From an uncultured Acidimicrobiia bacterium (GTDB lineage: Bacteria; Actinomycetota; Acidimicrobiia; IMCC26256; PALSA-555), in assembly GCA_963809885.1 (NCBI GenBank), contig CAWELA010000004.1, positions 61,019 to 125,018 on the forward strand: 64,000 bases of DNA. Direction: 5' to 3'. Both the position numbers and the translations under genes were made by a program. Position 1 is the first letter of the stretch; each line of letters begins with the position of its first letter. The notes below the pieces were generated by a model. The model did no database searches. It saw only the letters and a program-made list of their open reading frames with translations, and was not told where the DNA came from. This document shows, in pieces, positions 37,345 to 46,841 of this stretch.

Positions 37345-38135
37345 GCGTCGAGACTCCTCCAGAGACGCCCGGCGCGGACCCGGCCCCGCTCCTCGCGGCG
37401 AGTGGGCTCTCGGCCGGGTACGGCAGCCTCGCCGCCGTGCGCGAGCTCGACATCTCGGTCTCCGCCGGCGAGGTGGTCGCGCTGCTCGGGCCGAACGGCG
37501 CGGGGAAGACGACCACGATCAAGACGCTCGCCGGGGCGATCACGCCACTCGCCGGCGAGGTGCTCTGGAAGGGCCGCCCCACCCGTGCGCGCATGCACCG
37601 CCGGGCGCGGGAGGGGCTCGCCTACGTCCCCGAGGAGCGATCGGTGTTCATGGGCCTCACCGCCGCGGAGAACTTGCGGGTGGGTGACGGGTCCCTGGAG
37701 AAGGCGCTGGAGCTCTTCCCCGAGCTGGAGCCCCACCTCAAACGCAAGGCGGGCCTCCTCTCCGGTGGCCAGCAACAGATCCTGACCCTGGCGCGTGCAC
37801 TCGCGACCGAACCGCAGGTCCTGCTGGCCGACGAGCTCTCGCTCGGGCTCGCGCCGATGATCGTGAACCGGCTCCTCCAGGCAGTCCGCGAAGCTGCTGA
37901 TCGGGGAGTCGGCGTCCTGCTCGTCGAGCAGCATGCCCGCCAGGCGCTCGCCACGGCAGATCGCGTCTACGTCCTCCAACGCGGGCGTGTGGCACTCCTG
38001 GGGACGTCGGAGGAGATCCTCGACCGACTCGACGAGGTGGAGCAGACCTACCTCGAAGGTCCCGCGATCGATACGCCGGCGGGCTCACCGACCGGCTCAT
38101 CGACCGGCACATCGACCGGCACGGAACCCGCATGA
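37341..38135 (+). CDS. livF: ABC transporter ATP-binding protein, LivF-like
   Basis: ORF-track 264 aa. Walker A GPNGAGKTT, LSGGQQQ signature, Walker B LLADELSLGL. An ATGA overlap joins it to livG. Confidence 0.9.
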   Translation: MSVETPPETPGADPAPLLAASGLSAGYGSLAAVRELDISVSAGEVVALLGPNGAGKTTTIKTLAGAITPLAGEVLWKGRPTRARMHRRAREGLAYVPEERSVFMGLTAAENLRVGDGSLEKALELFPELEPHLKRKAGLLSGGQQQILTLARALATEPQVLLADELSLGLAPMIVNRLLQAVREAADRGVGVLLVEQHARQALATADRVYVLQRGRVALLGTSEEILDRLDEVEQTYLEGPAIDTPAGSPTGSSTGTSTGTEPA

Positions 38136-38734
38136 CGCGTGAGCAGGCGTACGACGCCGATCGCGTCGTCGACGTCGCGGTCGAAGTCTTCCTCGAACAC
38201 GGGTACGACCACGCGTCCATGGGCGACATCGCGAAGGCCGCCGGCCTCGGCAAGTCGAGCATCTACCACCACGTCTCCGGCAAGGAAGAGCTCCTCGAGC
38301 GCGGCCTCGACCGAGCCCTCGACGCCCTCTTCGCGGCCCTGAACGAGCCGGAGGCGTCGACCGGTCCCGCGATCGACCGGCTCCGGACGATGATTCGCCG
38401 GACGATCGAGATCATGTGTGACCAGCTCGCCGAGGTGGCGCTGCTGCTGCGGATCCGAGGGAACACCGAGGCCGAGCGCACCGTGCTGAAGCGCCGTCGC
38501 GAGCTGGACCGGACCATGGGCCGCCTCGTCGAGCAGGCGATCGCCGAGGGCGACCTGCGCGACGACCTCGATCCGGCGCTGGTGAGCCGGCTGGTGTTCG
38601 GCATGTCGAACTCGGTCGTCGAGTGGTACCGGCCGGGTGGATCGGTCCGGCCACAGCACATCGTCGACTCGATCACCACGATCGTCTTCGAAGGGCTCGA
38701 GCACGCCCGCCCCGAACCAGGAGGAAGCCCATGA
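38132..38734 (+). CDS. TetR/AcrR-family transcriptional regulator
   Basis: ORF-track 200 aa. The HTH is ...VVDVAVEVFLEHGYDHASMGDIAKAAGLGKSSIYHHVSGKEELL.... ATGA overlaps join it to both neighbours. Confidence 0.9.
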   Translation: MTREQAYDADRVVDVAVEVFLEHGYDHASMGDIAKAAGLGKSSIYHHVSGKEELLERGLDRALDALFAALNEPEASTGPAIDRLRTMIRRTIEIMCDQLAEVALLLRIRGNTEAERTVLKRRRELDRTMGRLVEQAIAEGDLRDDLDPALVSRLVFGMSNSVVEWYRPGGSVRPQHIVDSITTIVFEGLEHARPEPGGSP

Positions 38735-39565
38735 GACTCGACGGTCGCATCGCGCTCGTCACCGGTGCCGCCTCGGGCATCGGACGTGCCACGGCCGAGG
38801 TGTTCGCCGAAGAAGGAGCGGTCGTGGTCGTCAACGACCTCGACGGCGACCGGGCGGCACAGGTTGCGGGCGAGCTCGGCGGGCCGAACGCGGGGACGCA
38901 TCGGGGCATGGCCACCGACGTCGCCGACGCCGCCTCGGTGAGGGCGCTCTTCGACGGGGTGGGCGAGCGCTTCGGGCGCCTGGACGTCCTGGTGAACAAC
39001 GCGGGCATGTCCGAGGGTGCGCCGGGTGAGCAGGAGCGGATCAACGTCGCAGGCCGAGGCGGTGCTGGCGGACTCCCTCCAGGCGATGGCCGGCGGCACG
39101 CGATCGGCGCACTGGGACATCACGGCCAACATCTCCGACGAGTCGTGGCGCCGGATGATCGCGGTGCACCTCGACGGCACCTTCTTCTGTTGCCGCGCTG
39201 CCATCCCGTTGATGGCCGGCGGCGGCTCGATCATCAACACCTCGAGCATCGGCGCACTCACCAATCACCCCGGAGTGCCGCACTACTCGGCGGCGAAGTC
39301 CGGCATCCTCGGCTTCACGCGCTCACTGGCTGCCGAGCTCGGGTCGCGCAACATCCGAGTGAACGCGGTGTGCCCGGGGACGATCGACACGCCCATGACC
39401 GCGCCGATCTCACCGTCGTTCCGAGCGATGGTGATGGCGACGCAACCGATCGGGCGACTCGCCGATCCCCGCGAGGTCGCGCACACGTCCTTGTTCCTGG
39501 CATCGGACGAGAGCTCGTTCTACACGGGCCAGTGGCTGAGTCCCAACGGCGGCGCGTACATGTAG
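38731..39565 (+). pseudogene. short-chain dehydrogenase/reductase (SDR), one frame break as assembled
   Basis: MRLDGRIALVTGAASGIGRATAEVFAEEGAVVVVND...LVNNAGMSEGAPGEQERI continues in ORF 39017..39565 (...QAEAVLADSLQAMAGG...SWRRMIAVHLDGTFF...NTSSIGAL...YSAAKSGILGFTRSLA...). The break lies at about 39035-39050. Confidence 0.85.
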
Positions 39566-39591
39566 GTTCCGCCCAACCCTGGGGAGATGAC

Positions 39592-40518
39592 ATGACGTAT
39601 TCGATCGTGGCTCGTGATCCTGAGACCGGCGCGCTCGGCATCGGCGTGCAGTCGGCGTACTTCGGCGCGGGCGGCGTCGTGCCGTGGGCCGAGGCCGGGG
39701 TCGGCGCGGTGGCGACGCAGTCCGTCGTCGAGGTCGGCTACGGACCTCGCGGCCTCGCCTTGCTCCGTGACGGGAGGAGCGCGTCCGAAGCGCTCGCCAC
39801 CCTCGTGGCGCAGGACCCGATGGAGGCCCTCCGCCAGGTGGCGGTCGTCGATGCGACCGGTGGCTTCGCCGTGCACACCGGCGCGGGCTGCGTCGCTCAG
39901 GCCGCGCACCGGAGTCGGCGACAACGTGTCGGTGCAGAGCAACATGATGCTCCGCGACACGGTTCCGGACGCGATGCTCAGCCGCCTACGACGGAACGAG
40001 CGGCGACCTCGCCGAGCGCATCCTCGCCGCGCTGGACGCGGCCCAGGGCGAAGGTGGCGACGCACGCGGTCAGCAGGCGGCGGGCCTCCTCGTCGTCGAC
40101 GGCGAACGCAGCGATGAGCCGTGGAACCACGTCGTCTTCGATCTCCGGGTCGACGACAGTCGCGCGCCGCTCACGGAGCTGCGCCGACTCGTCGGGGTCG
40201 GCGGGCGCCGCGGCCGAGATGGGCGGCACGTTCCCGCTCCTGTTCGCACCGGGCTTCGACGACGAGTCGCGCGGCGCGCTCGAAGCGGCGCTCGCCGCGC
40301 TGGAGCGAACGCAGAACACCTATGGCGACTCGAATCTCCAGCCGACGTTCTGGCGAGCGGTGCTGCTGGCGAAGGACGGTCGCGTCGACGAGGCCCGCGC
40401 CGGGTTCGCGGCGTGCGTCGCCGCGAACCCGGGCTTCGGGCCGTTCCTGGCCTCGGTGCGCGACGCAGGGATCCTGCCGGGCGAGCCGACCGACCTCGTG
40501 GACCGGCTCCTTGCGTAG
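39592..40518 (+). pseudogene. DUF1028-family (Ntn-hydrolase-like) protein with C-terminal extension, three frame breaks as assembled
   Basis: The protein is followed through successive frames: MTYSIVARDPETGALGIGVQSAYFGAGGVVPWAEAGVGAVATQS...HTGAGCVAQAAH | [25 protein letters not shown] | [41 protein letters not shown]...[18 protein letters not shown] | ...[23 protein letters not shown]...DLVDRLLA*. Breaks lie at about 39907, 39983 and 40200, each a +1 step, so the net change is zero. Confidence 0.7.
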
Positions 40519-41622
40519 CCCGGGCGCCGGCCCACCGTTCCGCGCGGACCAGGTCGGCAGCCTGCTGCGTCCCCGCGAGCTCAAGGCCGCGTTCCGTGCG
40601 CACCGGGAGGGCGGGCTCGACGACGCCGGTCTCCGGGACGCGCAGGACCGGGCGATCCGCGACGTCGTGAAGATGCAGGAGGACGTCGGCCTGCACGCGG
40701 TCACCGACGGCGAGTTCCGCCGAGCCTCGTACTGGGCCCACTTCCTGGGCGCGGTCGACGGGCTGCGCCCCGAGCCCGCCAGCTTCGAGTTCCGGGACGC
40801 GAGCGGTGACGTCATCCCCTTCACGGGCACGCAGAACGAAGGACGCCTTCATCGGCATCGATCGATCTCCGGCGACGAGCTCGACTTCCTCCGATCGGTC
40901 ACAAGCGAGACACCCAAGATCACGATGCCGGCCCCCTCGACCATGCACTTCTGGCGGGGTCCGGAGTCGATCGATCGGGCGGAGTATCCGACGCTCAGCC
41001 GACTTCTTCGCGGACCTCTCGGCGATCTATCGCGCCGAGATCGCCGACCTGGCGGCTCGCGGCGCCACGTACGTCCAGCTCGACGAGGTGGCTGCGGCGA
41101 TGCTGTGCGATCCCGAGGTTCGCGAGGCGGTCACCGCACGGGGCGAGCGCTCGGAGTCCCTGCTCGCGACCTACGTCGAGACCACGAACGCGGCGTTGCG
41201 GGAACGCCCCGAGGAGGTGACCGCAGCGCTCCACTGCTGCCGGGGGAACTACAAGGGGCATTGGCTCGCTACGGGAGGCTACGAACCCGTCGCCGAAGCC
41301 CTGTTCGGGGGCGTCGAGGTGGACGCGTTCTTCCTCGAGTTCGACTCCGATCGGTGCCGGCGGGTTCGAACCACTTCGCTTCGTCCCCGATGACGCGGTG
41401 GTCGTGCTCGGGCTCGTCAGCTCCAAGTCGCCCGAGCTCGAGGACGTCGACGTGCTGCTCCGCAGGATCGACGAGGCATCGAAGATCGTGCCGATCGATC
41501 GGCTGGCGATCTCGCCGCAGTGCGGCTTCGCGAGCACGGTCGGCGGCAACCCGCTCACCGAGGCCGACGAGCGCGCCAAGCTGGCGCTCGTCGTCGAGGT
41601 CGCCGAACGGGTGTGGGGGTAG
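40511..41622 (+). pseudogene. cobalamin-independent methionine synthase (MetE C-terminal domain)-like protein, two frame breaks as assembled
   Basis: TTG 40511 overlaps the DUF1028 stop. The protein is followed through successive frames: ...[28 protein letters not shown]...KITMPAPSTMHFWRG...RAEYPTLS | DFFADLSAIYRAEIADLAARGATYVQLDEVAAAML...HCCRGNYKGHW...FFLEFDSDR | AGGFEPLRFVPDDAVVVLGLVSSKSPELE...AISPQCGFAST...VAERVWG*. Breaks lie at about 40999 and 41353. Confidence 0.75.
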
Positions 41623-41639
41623 CGCTGCGCCGCGGCTCG

Positions 41640-42474
41640 TCAGGCTCCCTCGGGCCGGCACCGGTTTCGGCACTCGCCCACTCCCTCGATCCGCGTGACG
41701 ACGACCGAGCCGTCCTGGAGGTAGCGAGGCGGCGTACGGGCGTGGCCGACCCCGCCGGGCGTGCCGGTCGCGATCACGTCACCCGGCATCAGCGTGAAGA
41801 TGTCGGAGATGTAGGAGACGAGCTGCGCCGGCCCGAAGACGAGATCCGACGGTCGTCGCGTGCTGCATCTGCTCGCCGTCGACCTCGCAGACGATCTCCA
41901 GACCCGCTCCGGGGTCGAGCTCGTCCGAGGTCACCAGCGTGGGGCCCAACGGGGTGCTGGACTCGAACGTCTTGCCCTGGAGCCACTGGAGCGTTCGGTT
42001 CTGGAAGTCGCGCATGCTGACGTCGTTCAGCACCGAGTAGCCGGCGATGTGCTCCGGCGCCTGCTCGACCGATACGTGGCGTGCCGGCCGAACCGATCAC
42101 GACCGCGAGCTCCGCTTCCCAGTCGACCGCGGACGACACCCGGGGCAGCACGATCGCGTCGTGGGCGCCGACGAGCGAGGACGAGTACTTCGCGAACAGC
42201 GTCGGATGCTCGGGGAGCTCGCGACCCATCTCGAGGATGTGGTTCCGGTAGTTCAGCCCGACGCAGATGATCTTGTCCGGGCGAGGCACGAGGGGAGCGA
42301 AGTCGAGCGACGCAACGTCGTGGCTCGGCCCGGACACGCGCGATCGGCCCGGGTCTGCCAGTCGTCGTGGCCGAGGAGCGTGCCGAGATCGGAATCGGCG
42401 ATCTCGATCGCCGCCGTTCCCTCGAGTCGGACCGTGGCGTGACCCGCGTCCGTACGGATCGTGGCGAGCCTCAT
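41640..42474 (-). pseudogene. fumarylacetoacetate hydrolase (FAH) family protein, likely fumarylpyruvate hydrolase; three frame breaks as assembled
   Basis: The protein is followed through successive frames: MRLATIRTDAGHATVRLEGTAAIEI...WQTRADR | VSGPSHDVASLDFAPLVPRPDKIICVGLNYRNHILEMGRE...DWEAELAVVIGSAG | RHVSVEQAPEHIAGYSVLNDVSMRDFQNRTLQWLQGKTFESSTPLGP...VDGEQMQHATT | DLVFGPAQLVSYISDIFTLMPGDVIATGTPGGVG...*. Breaks lie at about 42338 (-1), 42078 (+1) and 41848 (+1). An ATGA overlap joins it to the GDO gene. Confidence 0.8.
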
Positions 42475-43571
42475 GTCGGCTCCTCTCGTTCGGTGCGGTC
42501 GAGACGAAGCGCTTCGTACACGGGCGCATCGCCGAACGTGAACAGGTCGAGGTCGCTTCCGCCGAGATCCGCAGCCGGCACCAGGACGGGACCGCGAACA
42601 GGTCGCCGTGACCGACCTCGAAGTGCTCGTCCCCGAGCTCGACGGCGCCGCGGCCGGTGAACACCTGCCAGACCGACGATCCGACGGTGCGAAGTGCCGC
42701 GGTTGCGGCCCCGGCGCGCAGTCGGTGCATCTCGGTCCGCAAGGTCGGCAGCGCATCGCCACCGGTGGCCGGGTTCATGAAGCGGACCGCGGCGTGACCC
42801 TCGCTCCATGACGCCGGGATGCCCGTCGTCCTCGAGCGCGAGCTGGGCTGCGAGCGCCGCGTCGGTGTGCGCCCATCGGTACGCCGAGAGGGGAGAGGCG
42901 ACGGTGCTCGGGGCCGCGATCGGGCGCAGGCCGGGGTGCGCCCAGAGGCGCTCGTTCCTCGACTCGGACGGCGTCGTGCGGTCCGAGACCTCGTCGGCCC
43001 CGAACTCGAAGAACCCGCCGTCGAGCTGCGCCACGAGCGGGATGTCGAGTCCGTCGAGCCAGACCATGGGCGCATCCGCAGTGTTGTGGTGCTCGTGCCA
43101 GGCCCATCCGGCCGTGAGCAGGAGGTCGCCGCGACGCATGGCGACCGGGTCACCGTCGACGACGGTCCACACGCCCTCGCCCTCGAGCACGAACCGGAAG
43201 GCGTTCTGACTGTGCCGGTGCGCCGGTGCGACCTCGGCGGGACCGAGGAACTGCACCGCGGCCCACAGGGTCGGGGTCGCGAAGGCGGCGCCGCCAAGCC
43301 CAGGGTTCGCGAGGGCGATCGCTCGCCGCTCGCCGCCGCGACCGACGGCGACGACCTCGCCCGCCTGCTCGACGAGCGGGAGCACCTCGCTCCAGCGCCA
43401 GACGTGCGGGCGCGCCGCCGGCGCGGGCACGACCGGCATCAGATCGTCCCGCTGGGTCCACAGCGGGACGAGGTCGGCGCCGGCCAGGTCGGCGTGGAGG
43501 CGGCGGACCCGCAGGTCCTCGTCGAGCGGGTCCTCGTCGATCGGGCTCACCGGAGGGACGATATCCGACAT
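42471..43571 (-). pseudogene. gentisate 1,2-dioxygenase (bicupin), two compensating frame breaks as assembled
   Basis: ORF 42471..43571 reads ...LVPLWTQRDDLMP...PHVWRWSEVLPLVEQAG...AFATPTLWAAVQFLGPAEVAPAHRHSQNAFRFVLEGEGVWTVVDGD...WHEHHN.... The segment WSEGHAAVRFMNPATGGDALPTLRTEMHRLRAG...VGSSVWQVFTGRGAVELGDEHFEVGHGDLFAVPSWCRLRISAEA lies in another frame, between about 42809 and about 42555. The original frame then returns (DLDLFTFGDAPVYEALRLDR...*). Confidence 0.85.
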
Positions 43572-43663
43572 GTGACAGTTTGCTCTCGGTCGTCATCGTT
43601 GTGTTCTATTCTCTCGATGTCAGCAGCGCGGCGCCAGGACCCGCGCGCGAACGGGAGCGCCGG

Positions 43664-44900
43664 ATGAGCGCACGAGCGGCGCCGAGCAACGACACCAGGG
43701 TCGTGGTCGTGGGCGCCGGACCCGTCGGCCTCACCGCCGCGCTCGCGCTGCGGTGCCGAAGGACTCCCGGTCACCGTGCTGGAAGCCGGCACGGCCGGGC
43801 GCACCCGCCCGGGGAGCCGGGCGATCTACTACCACCGTCAGACGCTCGAGCACTGGAACGCCATCGCCGACGGCCTGGGCTGGGAGGTCGCGCGGCGGGG
43901 GATGACCTGGGCGACCAAGCAGACCCACTGGCGCGGCGAGCTCGTCTACGACCGCACGTACCCGCCGGGCGACCCGGGCGTCCTCCCGCCGTTCGCAAGC
44001 CTCGGCTCAGGTGGACCTCGAGGGGTTGCTCCTCGACGCCTGCGGGGACGCGGGCGTCGAGCTCGCCTGGGACCACGAGATCGACGCTCGTCGAGTCGGG
44101 CCCGGACGGGCGTGGAGCTGCGCACCACCACGGGCGCGACCATCGCGGCAGACCACGTCGTCGCCGCCGATGGCGCGCGGTCGACGATTCGCCAGGCGCT
44201 CGGCATCGCGCTCAGCGGTGATCGCTCGGAGAACCACTTCGTGATCGTGGACGTCGCGGAGGATCCGGACCGCCCGCTCCGGCCGGCTCGCGTCTTCCAC
44301 TACCAGCACCCGGCGGTCAACGGACGCAACGTCCTGCTCGTGCCCTTCACCGGCGGCTGGCGCGTCGATCTCATGTGTCGCGTCGGCGACGACCTGCGTG
44401 CGTTCGAAGGTGAGGAGGGTGCGCGGCGTTGGGTCGGCGAGGTCATGCCCGAGCGCTACGTCGATCGGATCCAATGGGCGTCGACGTACCAGTTCCTCCA
44501 GGTGGTCGCGGATCGATTCACCGACGAGCACCGCCGGGTGCTGCTGGTGGGTGAGGCGGCGCATCTCTTCGCGCCGTTCGGTGCGCGCGGTCTGAACTCG
44601 GGTGTGCCCGATGTGCGGGCGGCGGCTCGGGCGATCGCGACCGCGCGGCGTGCGACGGACACGCGGAGCGCGGCCGAGGAGATCGACGCCTTCGCGGAGT
44701 CCCGCCGCGGTGCCGCGGAGTACAACCGCGCGGCGGCCGGGCTCGCTCTCCAGCACATGCGTGCGCACGGACCCCTCACGCGTCTCCGCCAGGCCCGGGC
44801 GGCGCGTCGAGCGAGACGCGGGATCCGAGCCGGCGCGTGGCTCGACAGCGCCCCGTACGGCCCGCGCGCCCGCGATCGCGACGCCGACGCGGTGTACTGA
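43664..44900 (+). pseudogene. FAD-dependent aromatic-ring monooxygenase (FAD_binding_3 type; candidate gentisate-forming hydroxylase), four frame breaks as assembled
   Basis: The protein is followed through successive frames: MSARAAPSNDTRVVVVGAGPVGLTAALALR | AEGLPVTVLEAGTAGRTRPGSRAIYYHRQTLEHW...PPFASL | AQVDLEGLLLDACGDAGVELAWDHEID | LVESGPDG | VELRTTTGATIAADHVVAADGARSTIRQ...LLVGEAAHLFAPFGARGLNSGVPD...*. Breaks lie at about 43754, 44004, 44086 and 44109, each a +1 step. Confidence 0.75.
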
Positions 44901-44914
44901 TCACCTGTGGATGG

Positions 44915-45662
44915 TCAAAGCCAGCGCGGCAGGGTCGGCACCGGACCGGTCGTGCAGGTGAGGGTCGCGCCACGGCTGCGACCGAGGACCCAACCGAGCA
45001 GCTCGTGGGCCGGACCGCGCACGATCGCCCGATGCTGGTTCGGTGCGCCGATGGACCAGAGCCGATCAGTGTCGCTGGCGTTGAGCTCCATCTCGTCGCA
45101 GTCGTCGCGTGCTCCGAAGGTCTGGGTGACCTCGTCGAGCAGGGCCTCGACGAACGCCGGGGGGAGGTCGGCGAATGACGTCCCGGCGTCGAGATCGACC
45201 GCGTGCACCCAGACCTCCCGACAACGCATCCAGGGAACCTCGGCCGCGCTGATGACCCGCCCGGTCTGGGTGCGGACCTCCGACGACCACCGGTCGAGCG
45301 GCAGGGAGGTGACGGCCGATGAGAATCGCCGCTCGGCGTCGTCGAGGTCGGCTCGCAGCGCATCGGCCGACCGCCGCGCGCCGGCGTCGATGTCGGCGGC
45401 GCGCTGTTCGGAGCTCTCGTACATCGGGGTCTCGACACCGGTACGTGCCCAGGTGATCAGGTTGTCGAGGGCGTCGGCGTTGCGTGCGACGTGGGCGACG
45501 ACGTGCGCCCGAGTCCAGGACGCGAGGGCCGACGGCTCGCGGGAGCTCGTCATCGCGAAGGCGACGGACCTCGGCATCGAATCGACGGGTTCCCTCGTCC
45601 ATCCACTGCCGTCGGAGGTCGAGGAGGGCCGGCTCGGGAGCCTGGGTCTCCGGCGAGTCCAC
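44915..45662 (-). pseudogene. mycothiol-dependent maleylpyruvate isomerase family (DinB-like N-domain) protein, one frame break as assembled
   Basis: GTG 45662: VDSPETQAPEPALLDLRRQWMDEGTRRFDAEVRRLRDDEL. The protein continues in ORF 44915..45697: REPSALASWTRAHVVAHVARNADALDNLITWARTGVETPMYESSEQRAADIDAGA...WMRCREVWVHAVDL.... The break is at about 45543, an extra C in CTCCC. Confidence 0.8.
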
Positions 45663-45785
45663 GATGACGACGACGATAGGCAGCGTCGGGGCACCACAGC
45701 AACAGCACGTCATACGTCGCGGTCGCGGCGCGAGGACGGTTCGGGCCCGGCCACGTCGGTTGGGGTGTGAGCAGCGAGCTGACGC

Positions 45786-46649
45786 GTGAGCGAGCGCGTG
45801 ACCTCGTCGCAGCCGATGCCCCGCAATGCCCTGCGCCCACGATCGGGCACCAGCGCCAAGGCCGTGCTCGTCACGATCCTCGGTCGTTGCGTCGAGCCGC
45901 GCGGTGGCGAGGCCTGGACCAAGACACTCATCGCGGCCCTGGAGGCCGTCGGCGTGGAGGAGCGCAACGCGCGTCAAGCGCTCAGCCGCCTGGGCGAGCA
46001 GGGACTGGTTGTCGGCCGTCGCGAAGGCCGGCGAGTGCGGCGTTGCCTCACGCCAGAGGCGGTGGAGATGCTCAGGGTCGGCGGAGAGCGGATCTTCGGC
46101 TTCGGTGTGGGGGCGCCCGACTGGGACAATCGATGGCTGATCGTGCTCTGCTCGGTGCCCGAGGAGCATCGATCGAAGCGACACCTCCTCCGGAGCCGGC
46201 TCGCATTCGCCGGCTTCGGGTTCCTCAGCGCGGGGGTCGCGATCACCCCCCACGTGGCACGCGAGCAGCTCGCCAACGAAGTCCTGGGTGAGCTCGAGCT
46301 CGCGGAGAACGCGACCGTCTTCATCGGTGAGGTCGGCTCGCTCGTCACCGCGTCGACCCTGCTCGATCGGGCCTGGGACCTGGCAACGCTGTCCCACGAG
46401 TACCGGGAGTTCGTGCAGGTGTTCGAGCGACGCTCGCCCAAGACGCCGCGGGCGCGCTTCGCCGCGACGATCGACCTCGTGCATCGGTGGAGGAAGTTCG
46501 TGTACATCGATCCGGAGCTCCCCGACGAGCTGCTCCCATCGGGCTGGCCGGGCCATCGAGCCCGTCAGGTGTTCGACGACTGTCACTCGACCTGGCAGGC
46601 CGACGCGGTCAGCTATTTCGAGCAGCTCGAGGCCGAGGCCGAGCCGTAG
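45786..46649 (+). CDS. PaaX-family transcriptional regulator, copy 2
   Basis: ORF-track 287 aa: ...SAKAVLVTILGRCVEPRGGEAWTKTLIAALEAVGVEERNARQALSRLGEQGLVVGRREGRRVRRCLT...WDNRWLIVLCSVPEEHRSKRHLLRSRLAFAGFGFLSAGVAITPH... Confidence 0.85.
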   Translation: MSERVTSSQPMPRNALRPRSGTSAKAVLVTILGRCVEPRGGEAWTKTLIAALEAVGVEERNARQALSRLGEQGLVVGRREGRRVRRCLTPEAVEMLRVGGERIFGFGVGAPDWDNRWLIVLCSVPEEHRSKRHLLRSRLAFAGFGFLSAGVAITPHVAREQLANEVLGELELAENATVFIGEVGSLVTASTLLDRAWDLATLSHEYREFVQVFERRSPKTPRARFAATIDLVHRWRKFVYIDPELPDELLPSGWPGHRARQVFDDCHSTWQADAVSYFEQLEAEAEP

Positions 46650-46841
46650 GAGTGCGAACCCGCCGGGGGTCCTCGGCTACTCGACGCGGAGCACGAGCGC
46701 TGCGCCCGACTCGCCGGCGGCGCAACCGGTGAAGAGACGGCGTGGAAGCACGCCACATCGGCGGTACGCCATGCGGGGATCTACCACGAAGCAAGATCGG
46801 GACGTCGGTGAAGTGTCGAATGCCGCCGTAGACTGCCGCGC

